From contig CALGLP010000016.1 in the NCBI GenBank assembly GCA_937930175.1, positions 1 through 53,719 on the forward strand: a DNA stretch of 53,719 nt, written 5' to 3'. The DNA comes from an uncultured bacterium. Lineage in GTDB: Bacteria; Omnitrophota; Gorgyraeia; Zapsychrales; Aceulaceae. The notes below the pieces were generated by a model. The model saw only the letters and a program-made list of their open reading frames with translations, had not been told where the DNA came from and did no database searches. Each line of letters opens with the position of its first letter. The first letter of the stretch is position 1. The position numbers were made by a program, and so were the translations under genes. This document shows positions 24,301-26,634 of this stretch, piece by piece.

Positions 24301-25997
24301 ACATACCCAACCGCAAATCCAACCACAAAATCCTTGCCAATATTTCCAAGGATATTCCCTGTGCTTGGCAACAGCGCCTTAATTTGAGCATCAGTAAAAC
24401 CATAGCTTTTAGCTAGTGCGCCTAGCTCTTTAAAACTCTGAACGCCGTTCAACTCTGCCGTAACTCTTGCTTCTGCGTTTTTTATTGTTTCAGCTGTTGT
24501 CATCCCCGTATCCGTCGTTCCGTATGAGAGATCATTCATCACAGCGTCTGTTTTCGCAAACTCCTTCATGCCTTCTTGAACCTCTGGCTTAAGCTGGTCT
24601 AGCTTTTTTTCATATCCTGATATAGCTACGGTCGCAGCTGTTATAACAGCAACACAGATTTTAGATGTTAATTCCGCATCCCAGCCCCACTCTATCATTC
24701 CGTAACGACCAAAGGAATTTGTTAACTTGCTAATACCTCGAATGAGCAGAGACATCCTTATGGCTCTTAATAAAACATCGCCTTTCTTAATTAAATCCGC
24801 AAATTTAAAAAGTTTTTCTCCAGCTGATCCAACCTTTCCAATGTTCTTAAGAGCGCCCAAATTTGCAAACAACATAATAATCTCTATGGCCTTCATTAAG
24901 AAAAACTTGCCCCATGTTTCTTTTTCACCAGTAAACATTAAATTTTTATACTTTTGATTGTCCCATGACGACCCCCACACAAAGGCCTTCTTTTCATTGG
25001 AAACAATTTCCGCATTGCCTAAATTTTGAGTATTGGGCGCTAGGACATAGCCGGTAAATTCTTTCAAGAAGGCTTCTTTAAAGAAAACCTTTCGCTCGCT
25101 AAGATCATTAAAGGTAATCGTGTCTTTGCCAACTTCAGTAACGAGAACAAAGTGCTCGGGGTTCAAATTGGCAATAAAAGGAGTGTCAATGGTGCCAATA
25201 TCTGTATTAGTGATCTTGGCCGCTTTAAAATCAAGTCCATAGGCAGAGGTTAAAGAGTCCAGGGCATAGAGCGAAGTTTTGAGCTTGGGGTCTCCGGCTC
25301 TAATAACCTTGCCTAAAATATCAACAGCCAGGGTAAGAACCGAAGCCTCTTGAAGCGTGATCTCAATTTTATTCTGAGCCAAAAGATCACGCAGGGCATG
25401 GACGCCGCAATTTAAATGCTGGATGCTTGTTTGCTTAAGCCAGGATTCAAAATTTGTAATATCTTGCTTTGTAAACTTAGCGGTTGTTGTGATCAGAAGA
25501 CCGCGATTATTGGTGGCACCCGAAACGCCTGTGTTGGGTAGTTCGAGCTTAACAAGGGCTTTGTCTTTATCTTGAATCTGGGTTAAAAGATCGCGGATGC
25601 TTTCGGAAATCGTTGCGGCTTCTTTAACCCCAAGATACGCATCGACTTTTCTTTCTCCCCAAAGAACAGCCGGATTGTAATGAAAAGCCCAGCTGATCTG
25701 CTCAGGGGTAAAAACAAGAATAACGATCAAGGCAACAGTGCGGATCCAAGCCTTGAAGCTGCTCTTAAATCCCGTATAATCTACTGCGATCGCTTCCACG
25801 GAAACAGCAGGACTTGCCCCGTTAGAGATGCGAGAAGGCAAACCTTTTTCAGGACTCACGGTCGCCTGGGGCGCCCTATCTCTAATGGGGGAGCCCTTTG
25901 AAGACTTAGAAGAGACAAAAAAAAGACTATAAGAAAATAGTCTTTTTATATATTGTTTTACAGTGGTAAGGATGAGGTTCAAGTCTAGATTTTTCAT
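3..25997 (-). CDS. Giant multi-domain envelope-associated protein, 3'-truncated by the window edge (at least 8,665 codons inside the window)
   Basis: The minus-strand frame whose codons occupy plus positions 3k..3k+2 is stop-free and protein-like wherever I hand-translated it: 3-59 SLTLQATDWMRTEFGASYN; 1320-1379 RKGVISEVSVSFVNSYFFGE; 3930-3959 MLVPSSNRGW; 11100-11201 KQKKQAKTEDEKVKAEESIEKLEKSKKELKTQLK; 25141-25200 IGTIDTPFIANLNPEHFVLV; 25381-25450 ESWLKQTSIQHLNCGVHALRDL. All 16 minus-strand ORFs the track lists within 1-26000 are in a different phase. Any stop in this phase would have produced a listed ORF. The first upstream in-frame stop is TGA at 26127-26129 and the first ATG is at 25995-25997. 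The true start is uncertain because terminator-like hairpins overlap the 5' end. Confidence 0.85.
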   Translation of the reverse strand, partial: MKNLDLNLILTTVKQYIKRLFSYSLFFVSSKSSKGSPIRDRAPQATVSPEKGLPSRISNGASPAVSVEAIAVDYTGFKSSFKAWIRTVALIVILVFTPEQISWAFHYNPAVLWGERKVDAYLGVKEAATISESIRDLLTQIQDKDKALVKLELPNTGVSGATNNRGLLITTTAKFTKQDITNFESWLKQTSIQHLNCGVHALRDLLAQNKIEITLQEASVLTLAVDILGKVIRAGDPKLKTSLYALDSLTSAYGLDFKAAKITNTDIGTIDTPFIANLNPEHFVLVTEVGKDTITFNDLSERKVFFKEAFLKEFTGYVLAPNTQNLGNAEIVSNEKKAFVWGSSWDNQKYKNLMFTGEKETWGKFFLMKAIEIIMLFANLGALKNIGKVGSAGEKLFKFADLIKKGDVLLRAIRMSLLIRGISKLTNSFGRYGMIEWGWDAELTSKICVAVITAATVAISGYEKKLDQLKPEVQEGMKEFAKTDAVMNDLSYGTTDTGMTTAETIKNAEARVTAELNGVQSFKELGALAKSYGFTDAQIKALLPSTGNILGNIGKDFVVGFAVGYVRQKVNILVARTIEDLGIKSEVLKEAVTAVTTSLAESLVTIATASVAEEALRLAGKGINVAFKGSHASTTFGDWLEGAELDIGFGLKDKLKTENGEVVKEQGKPVVTFSLDEKFVEVLLASWRQARVQVVGTGLGMIAEKIAKKNGLDTNSLFVQTVIETGNLVAQVVWEDLLSPDRARLYDAKGRRITKNRFKYGEGDDEMKEKTVKAYKNGRWYNPEWKEDYKKAKEAKDNQWLKVSYKSFKEETKKEDFKYLKDDKGNYVKDENGDLVEAEWTDTGKGESISWRKAYRYDKRQLKRLERDLTARGYAEYDNVKDGTFSVFSVEGINTENPTGSTVHEHVKYHEGFSRAKDLTKIKGLETKGQSVGYTNTDAYDVWTPQDENGDAIKFKNPWAKLAGTIGRGALKTWIGYKIDKYEEKKFKKDGNLDLARARDFYAKAMLVSAVVDGLSAAVVDSINLRQLRKEKEQEAADQFRKEKAQDVAGQSVVVLKTSREAVDLDPVIPGNTPSIVSNPDQDSNSEIKKMPRILASFSFEKESETSTSAIFKKERGWFSEFLSVAANETANRLNTFYADYINLGGYGDITGATPEEQGARYRQGKRNYYAEGMQNVNNIIDQYGTLHGFTTDFVLQYDSQWKETKRKNAESIAPKSETELRKEFNSTMAQSNTYESNFAKFEILKLKRGITENILSSAEYLKGDDDLSLMGLGYRSIERPLVGDQRIMFAVHTPWDSVIIKTENQDKRQGTVGTRIDGLAAGIVKNAVLLPAIFLSKDYFSELGYGSSYYASTDLEVLAKDKNTSEGQEALKKKGAYINRKGQVVVDNGSIKLSLYRIALDKVEISQAGKKQTLVYKGKFGDREVYFQGLQKSYDSNKGGNFEDTRAVQDEFGNGIMEGVEGRPEFSFLSENLRKKQGTINVEASFGRKEKGVLGLRKTVSADDTGFSAYALKDGSWGYQVKAFVKDRIPANFAFVNNLGLLSLPVLKGSGNGFLERIWMSTDTFAFTAKTGFGERKLDVKREERTRRLHGITSPGSVLAAKNLSQDGTGKIIDGPKGEEDPDQDYEYTLAITNPLLVTLETVGKDDAVVVTNRFKTLETNYYDQTEIIPYEKFTIVENPDGTRKLATKIEDKTSAWLFSPNYGTALFTSAEPTPEDVPAIKTSSTAQAPENLGYIVSEKSADPDLSGPVEDVPNIITGYVTSPDQEERMKQEIAKRQDSGDLPKAARVVVSVGEPSAESGVKASPDTIAINLDKPFEAPNRITGMQMTSGSDVALLTGELEFTQGAPSMMDEKGQYSFGNISWEDTFKNVVFDRAALPVFAMGNTDQAFRLYKDVWIGRRDGTVPEGLGFQISDKGLFSGAGSYIADYGKSELKNAFVGSNELVLNVTLDKNKQVVDFSPLTEEQLRQELDRTELIGVNTFYRVDEESSEVSGHFDQALNEMGMPISVVTSIGPDGQVVTDLMDKVLWNVAEVSGNIVGMTGNSTVGRGLVLSPDSKSIIPEIVSSDKTTAGPEEIYDHNSTLTGEEVLWTKESIIKTDDGDKKIGHRFLLAKGDNVFYLKGLVTKDGIMKAQTVDVQSGYRNDKTMWKNVTQAEYMGNGNIKIFKDKDGATVSLPYMRIEREKTIDYIDLYLNNPIVLNHKVNKDGYDLAMQGVMSLGAANALKVQERFALGPLEARTTHKHKNGSEPIGYGARRTLIVYDQAQEDKGEQKKGAFQLPEYDVYFGDGLGWTINEYRDTKNWSDKKTRQVVYQSTNATKNGERVLHYGVQDLSWLAKYAMHQDDSQVIDEASGEYKLGYKVNIKTTIDPETDVVTAEGTVPAIIDLSTEGVLTKHVLAEAQGGVQIAKPVAKGGEQAKILKMKLTGLAYDLVVEINQKDGRARVLVGKDKNDEGAWKYYSSLKELRKELREKQLNLSAAWGQEGALNNGQLNTAQAIENIPDDIVKGTVDASEVVGLDRGSLENPFNVGPDRWIDVDKAIKQFVLRAEDGTFNDEAIASSKQEIISADSKDRKEQAENNKAETKKILAEHPEYAGFLPPDVVAAATKKDPNSYSSYFGDEADAQANADIYKAFVTKAGLLDKADASLEAIKQGRQKASESTSLDVSVSPEGILQKVEVLPQGNALGELSVFYDELVKAKNFLINLDVNSPTFSQEADKVSDFMDLVMPEDDGQGNVVKKGEKGFESGVGLLLAERGVQTSIAVTDANGDTTYLPKLFMEGEAKNAPILAFGEATALIKAYDEGLNFENFMATSSVIDVKKEDVKRAIGGGGEAVGIQFPASLSSYVDPSTLKKVEGWYGGIVPDLMGYVVKEKNNADARDAMLETRGVVTGEKQRLNMNDKTWLTQAVMAPFILIDWTHRGIYRGLSLSDQWQGKGYGQKIESKYGWMVDAVNKSYFGVVDGRTNDISSFLSVKDSIANLDYKWQKRNAKITIATQAVTGTALIVGSVVLGGAPIWMGMISGAGMSAYSEFFGDKELAPLAASQYGLQNNFYWKKELSSTTKFLVSASSVVQSAGVGGAVGAVTGVVGQKIFSPLFKGFGSGIWNRFGDVTKQFVPSLSGLSQGTLNTIGVAGVSLSAGGLTSLGTLVYNGGNIIFGSNDRTLDQGVFENGLGVALILPTLYAASSSPKLMQNVYGFATKTWGNAAIVATGTATALAGSTYGAYRNFNNATDDKGNVDESKYNISFLGSAWRSIAYQPGRIILGIGNNLGISNAPSAAQLDALSVYENNRFNSRAGQMGVLGVTLAFSRSFAKEYLSVATFATQINGVLNMKETLRSFLAFGKDAFNGESPNSGNKEPLTVTLASLAGSLWGASAGFKGIGKGIAKKATSIQQGANLSKGAGFKQSAKEMLAGLRQFEKRTPGFKATKAQVDAYKRLIRIERTGQFFGQAGKMFTATPGIMYANTGLAVMMPIMGGQAISFDTIGDSLRSVSNQMSNIAASSFAMSAIFKVTGGLATKTGARYGMIGGGTALVGGGAMAIWGKGKWKEAGKSIASIGGTVLLATAVMRLGNVGGTKFGKTAPFKRPGQGFLRSKIGAGLTLSAAGVGMIWAGHELKEYNQSLACNIETLGQASITREIFGNVLENAGLIVAGAGLGFLSRGLGEIGKTKIGRIQTNQIDALKWGKPAGKGILIGSGAGMVVGGWAVNRYGEGYWKTVGTAMMWTGGALAAAGILGAVKLGKGFEATKIGKGLQATAEGAGKFGQWGVKQGFNLVRFTGKTAIGATNAASTGAVVYGTKRLAVDWALESIGTAIDPFEKDPITGKVITGADGKGILKAMPEYGEWSKNDLFGSNKKDRQKAALYILGAGLTVNSLVKLGRVTSKSFAGEEMSVGVKQGAKQGWQKLLDPIKRTYTNGKLSGQRFARDGRNWAVYVGAGTAAGGLVVNHYGEGGWKKVGTAMMWAGGALATIGLLSNVKTAKLGKGFEASRFGKGLQATAQGLEKGLSLAKYEKAIGQVAGVGKATLRFAYNEMGWQTARTLFGVIAPLKVGLEAFSWAANKSLVNDHNSGLENFIWGQTLAAFYNPGVLAKYENDVQGLHLISDFKNAKGLFNTVAAGAQLFKIGYLSSLFGEKEVELNEIDPKTGKNKKIAVSNVTTLGIRRSLFGDLDAKNKGMFASDTALGRLGRVLVGNIWDDNGKRTGSIARGALNLITPFGHQARTWEQFDKTTLVFSAVLVGLQPMATEMLGNIKLGNVGKGYRAFGKGMEATYGGEAILGFKKGADAEVKGFLGWSKKGITGFAQTSIEGSLEEVGEQFAGIASGPILALAEPILKVFGASDLGAQQIRAQLDEIWQEVAIPNGSAARNKAENLWSVLGRNATIRFFSSAGMANLSQQQKDDVKAKLENRTMHEIRNDKEAWNLLAVLAENGVSVNIENSLGKVTTLDMNEGAKDYFTVRANVADMNNQLQNVDESERNKTIVNIVSAAQVAGDALVSEAAMVFANENLARDELVSHNDFSATGNVLEKLAVGSGVATVTPGQFVSMANTVTQNMNHEDFSTKRQGANKIWSALNQTVEIANIEHVNQLLSPEEIKRANYLLNMGLPQLERDKEALASLGRILAGNTKVTIKNWEGQTQTFELSGEKGWSDFFDEQVAMAKILNEMETRGLDRTGRLNYLAGVLQNKDTPENVEDKNQKKAAQKLVAREVTAEQAAQVFAGRKQLFLAYNPEDNSKTDLVVHDAATINATPSVYHPMQIQAEHIAQQKMAGNSVFASQVKQEAKNLKPWSPTEETWSKGSVRAQQDLEEATINFWDAYARHKYTGEDTYQAESYQYSKLQERIQRFQSAEEQRTTAIGRQGDISTWQRIGFAINWTTLGHLDSVIKKVSRGRFNAGKAGKLRTFLLDSEKSGGIRTNIDFKMKQNEKKLEEAKKQKKQAKTEDEKVKAEESIEKLEKSKKELKTQLKQVKTKYRGMFKRLSSMGLRDLASKKQRELLSDFAGARRTDALTYINDLEKDPAQIEKIANSNAYSSMGTTLDERKANVKADIEKTRQQLFKTQEYDAHGVMNALLISYEVEENNKTITRYRSIVDVGEVSEQGDVDDVIDEWTIYGSLYNDVRNAETPAQNFGTRRVYDIFHNTRLTKQGKIVKNTNLFYNVRHERAHSRVVQLSEAGELETDPLTKDIVAALEIISGKKLKDMDLSLKEEDYNEIITQIVSAQESAAYFDAHPEQKMEIDSPVYSQFTQILSKVGMPVTGDIHKQIAAMTPYQITLACYQNVMGKYNLKIDEQVKEKILKDKSYMPSYAELTKGQEATREKIQEILKNGQTAAQEAFIANPRLQDEELRFIAVEEVMKLAKQAGLDMAEFNILHRETSFSSNYNTRQINYRDEEAGRVLHKGDHLVWSIAATYKGETVQQSDNLAVVSDQGSLSIKKIDYDIAKEDDFIKSLDGLSKSQQRKHLAIYRGYQQIQDFVNGANTDRDFFETYSFLDKKTQEAMKKNLAGKNYGYWNKVHEFFAGEENQVSSLEIGHYTDGGSLKQNKIRTGDDVIIDLALSAGDLGLRKRFEIKVNQDTYGKTEATKKSFDQDIKDSLKKKDYKRALMVADDKDRKGIRDDQRSRAREDILTQKYNDELKAGQHAEALETAKQIQKENKNFDLKAAQQRILRVKKAELLKQKDFNGAIAVVRDLKKSMGEEYDEYEDLSQIFFVQYGYQTNAQDVKPQEFAAQLAAKHGYDEQAILTSIYTQNAKVMRDRSNLKAAHAFEEKLASLSGHQHDSSVSKANDLAHKAQKQISHGQYDSAIQSLNKAKQIYEKAGVDFDLEEEIANVYFAKARAAGQANKTVAAQAKEKAYKLLGLTDAQWTQYSDSLKKAEEEFSKGNVLKGMEQSQKAQEVVNDVIAKQRYQRSVATLNKNYSSNAKDLKANIKLVKNALNLLNGTVSSKQKNAIAKQLNRVQELGKAGRNSKAQAQLDDVKKTLNKTADLFASGASSVLKTKPAIVAAPGVSSVLKTTKAPWTSTLKTGPKTSFLGSLLPASLIPASLAVVFGFAQKTQAQSSEISLLDIKLPTPREISVSENQASFANTSNTYFMAGDTTLSAPDTINMEKIKMPKSDTTRKSYPKKINLKLKEQLRKGIYKFNLPTLPGNQNQLLATARYKASTFKAPKAPKTPKAPALKSPSPGSSIFSSAMEENDLVTIIKTLEAQGDTRKPYIYHGGKYYRVDGISPIVSVLLSDEEAAAEVKTGVIFAQGDTPSPVDQEVPFMNGYALETIMYFIPSQVAPAAVAVAKTSKPVSAPTVVKPNKVGSSTLISSQKVDNQELIEYYYANKNTPSALPLKDVLSVLSFSIVYVPADEAPGMEASLKGMGVNVYYFGDKLPNVDTTVSNVLIVKNKEEAVASNPDLRAVFIEKNAEFVDVRWTPLELVVVNTPKGQQDGIVPAEGAQTQTQDIQFKDADMPKPVEFMPSDVTDIPSFAPMAPVVPPVFVPATPTLMFTPLLGKAKTNIKYEYKPGDGGPSVVYVALAENTSHTATSKQSSGQSDNTKVMYPLGLPSPGAQLPLPSEGQGQKTTPKNENPHTVIAYVNQAHANIVNYKTISVPGAYKVAHAQVDKKDGPYFSSGTGNGGGIFGLSANSALAQTVINIKRGTKIVTEFVRNVASRRTDVVKEAKVVRNFKLLIRKFGDLTVREVRAQMITSSRALAALVKRETGLNVLSKELSLQEMLTATMTNVFAAISRFLVGEAYAAEGQWALVPAYLGTRSNVSAVFAGRARSPSIVREARNSSVITENSSSLMAENGVSSGAQGVSFNEEGQRAASVLKAAQEYARRALEGLQRQYQKISDRSRALISNTKTFKTGVIPSNKEMSPLGRLLPTFVIAQILFTLFNSRGLSQNPVKIFQNRSSSSLKDLQQKAWTRIKTTTARILLVDPQADRSTWKESLFNLAVALTAAFFIDNFLHFGWGEVPGIDHPWLHFFKHVVFWIIAITSIGLRLPFGLLYWTLLAVAPYIFSEYAPGTFMRNYGYNLFLDIPQKSFVFLYGYDIYQRMTYGFVPVRHTLKNIGTIVVFTYVAVTTRTEILPYLFQFMSGTGVSHSRGDFANTLTPSLGDVASYAGGAVIAFTVAVIAYFSVLKHLGRLIDTYGVPLAIKLFTRYGDFMDRMVEGEDCKSQAQNEDPEVLYHGDVVEWDEEGNPTITRRSQKQSDSPIEQKKASSQIPVLPVDNRLTILPSFAPMMLLGVAMSPEMKIALGVAVVLGGIIALYRDWFAQVVSASNISKIINMVFNKPVFTSDRGGKNSKPVFLFNNGLLLLSAVRGWGRNIFAAAPSLLFAPVSAYVRGWVSATPASLISMLVPSSNRGWKEWAPALVFGNRLLLRPSYRGRQEVSSTAALDFFRGEGVARVQISSVNKSRVNLVWEIRTPAASSAISSSLIKIVKKIALVATFLLLLNAALILGYVSFAGLMLSAALISLGVYLYSKENIKVASVFFCAEDFVPRITRRTILPVLLSLFMLFGQPSFGLMSVRPAYIDTIETFNEALKDVYEDHIIQRAENEKIKGMAEALVSDMKRREKELKDRAQNSPTMEEQLGINREYNAIQDIKDNIAKIVNETRFNYYAYSRLVDANYNQYQEQQSVHQDKIKDGADDTVKQDQAQSQAQTQKTPAQPQTQNQGQVAVTPQSQSKLPAEEPVTKAIQQPVDYAKSVPQQPSPVPSSGAQKTYVAPQRAYTDTSDVYRDVTRYTRTQLGLPALSQKVSDQWNLTIGVNGLYRSVSLPGQPTKTSFNPTFDVRFQYRHGPLSVALNSNTSLLGSTNTFGSLTYNGKKNAPSVGLSGNLTQYNSKIFGSYNTQSACYRAWMSWYNFRVEHFGTFQNIKGTNAGGQEESSFVQTSWGYNLNTPYGVDVRTIDGRNMPPQYTLSFNPMETVSKLGWIKKSPVSMQYDLIKTKDIEGKDVVHQQGQINVVVVSQPKVKSSVAVNMPRNDVAEASLKNVPLILRSSNYWKAAPKLRLNNTINYQTNPSSQVYNYYRQTKDYVSDNFNLSGDMLGHTVSLSANTTFKTNSYSNDQASLSIAGPYLGFGNGKLSVAKSFDDTYFSASYQTQFKANPIANISVSYTGYNKNDQFYLLSGVSSENFDPLEMWRLSGQFPVAGYVVNANGSYVTGGQRTADNQKTTSVTAGANIYNQKNGTGVAFQGVWAEGNAPGYSGKAYYAPRKGVISEVSVSFVNSYFFGEKITSVQGGIAINLSSGKKHNKPASQSYSSQSTMVMQAVQVESPNMKGHFVDGNQFSPMSSWAGVYGDLAYVPENQATPSYKSAPTNSLSGVSQPNNGDMFSQATNANPFGQSANGKPVSQSSKADAVLVAIARQSEEILAMNIEKLEEAFTYPAVQKYLIRIAAQNGYLVFADALSRAPPQAIDIMNLTLQESLRQFNSLGELDSKLEVIDDLLQALYNNSEFRNDFIYNYNGKGTFNNFNPLAPTPAQLAVLYAIINPAVGRFDLPVFIIGTSNVAWILEEMTTNEAFRLTFNAIFNTNLHPQPRPVSGLSHGDPELTILYGVVNPEGHSFDRNKFLLTLQATDWMRTEFGASYNELLGDILDIANFDLMNLTPASFQIFVNNIVWAAEKDANGAFVSWWLFGGTQAVPTWDVQKMENFSLTLQATDWMRTEFGASYN
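3800..4150 (-). repeat. Six in-frame degenerate 45-69-nt repeats centred on GCCACGG (minus strand CGT GGC = Arg-Gly), most flanked by inverted arms that can form hairpins
   Basis: CCACGG starts at 3823, 3868, 3934, 3994, 4063 and 4129. Spacings are 45, 66, 60, 69 and 66 nt, all multiples of 3. Encoded motifs are RGE, RGR, RGW, RGW, RGW, RGG. Arm examples: 4034-4043 gggctgctgc pairs with 4082-4091 gcagcagccc, with an inner stem 4051-4057 tttctgc / 4072-4078 gcagaaa; 3973-3981 gccggtgtc pairs with 4009-4017 gacaccggc. Confidence 0.8.
13998..14915 (-). repeat. Internal ~200-nt duplication (about 13998-14200 vs 14724-14915, offset 717-726 nt, in frame) within the Gly/Ala-rich hydrophobic part of the giant ORF
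   Basis: agctgtggcttgcaaacc occurs at 13998 and 14724, and caaagccccaccag(c/t)ccacatcatagc at 14091 and 14808. The encoded paralogous peptides are GEG(Y/G)WK(T/K)VGTAMMW(T/A)GGALA...KLGKGFEA(T/S)..GKGLQATA. Confidence 0.75.
25090..25450 (-). other. Papain-like / C39-like cysteine peptidase signature near the N-terminus of the giant ORF
   Basis: KQTSIQHLNCGVHALRDLL (Cys codon at 25407-25409) is followed about 85 residues later by NPEHFVLVTEVGKDTITFND (His codon at 25152-25154). This matches the Q..CG..A / H(F/Y)VV...I.D(P) pattern of peptidase family C39. It follows a hydrophobic segment, AWIRTVALIVILVFT. Confidence 0.5.
25917..25947 (-). terminator. Intrinsic-terminator-like hairpin (A-run, 10-bp stem, T-run; usable on both strands, with the stronger T-run on the minus strand)
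   Basis: 25921-25930 aaaagactat pairs with 25937-25946 atagtctttt, with loop aagaaa. On the minus strand the stem is followed by a T run. It lies inside the ORF if the ATG at 25997 is the start. Confidence 0.5.
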
Positions 25998-26005
25998 TTT
26001 CTTAT

Positions 26006-26048
26006 GAAAAAGGGCTGTGGCTTTTTCGCGAAAGAAAGCCACAGCCCT
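26006..26048 (-). terminator. Strong rho-independent terminator on the minus strand
   Basis: 26011-26024 agggctgtggcttt pairs with 26035-26048 aaagccacagccct (14 bp). On the minus strand the stem is followed by TTTTT (26006-26010). It ends 8 nt upstream of the ATG at 25997. Confidence 0.7.
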
Positions 26049-26325
26049 TACAACATCTATAAATTCGCTTGTGCTACTTACTTGTTCCGTGGCTTTCTTG
26101 TTACACCCAAAATATAACACGTGGATTCAAAATGTCAATTTTTGGACAATAATTATCTCATTGAAATATAATGACTTATGAAAATTTAATAAATTATTTT
26201 TCTTTTTTTTCTAAGAGTAAAAAAAGAAGCATGTTTTCTAGAAAAAAAGGCGCGTGAAAGACACTTTTTCTTTCTTCGAAGATCTCTCAATACAATGCCT
26301 TTTTCTGCTTATTCCTCGACGAGGA

Positions 26326-26355
26326 AAGACTGTCTGAAGGCCTTCAGACAGTCTT
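26326..26355. repeat. 30-nt perfect palindrome, preceded by a smaller palindrome tcctcg-a-cgagga
   Basis: aagactgtctgaagg|ccttcagacagtctt. There is no flanking T-run on either strand, so it is not a canonical terminator. Confidence 0.8.
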
Positions 26356-26634
26356 ATCAATGCTCAAACTTCTCATTTTTGGAACGCTTCAGGGCTTTAG
26401 AAAAGAATAATGTTCCATAGAAAATATTAATTTCTTTGGCAGGAAAAAACTTTAAGAAGCAGATTTTATGACTATTTTATCACTTTTTCTGAATGGACAT
26501 TACAGAATGGACAGAAATTAACAAGAATTCCCAAATTTCTGTGTAAGATTGTCCAAAGTAGGTGTTTAAAAACTAGCAACTGACGTAATCACGCATTGGA
26601 CCATATTAAATGTTACCTTGTTTTTCGAGATTGC

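Noticed and set aside
1-26000. The absence of long ORFs in the track could mean non-coding DNA, a decayed pseudogene array, or a stop-codon-reassigned genetic code.
   Set aside because: One minus-strand phase is completely open under the standard code and reads as sensible protein at every spot I checked. The rest of the window (27-53 kb) translates normally with the standard code. The gap in the track is best explained by omission of an edge-truncated ORF.
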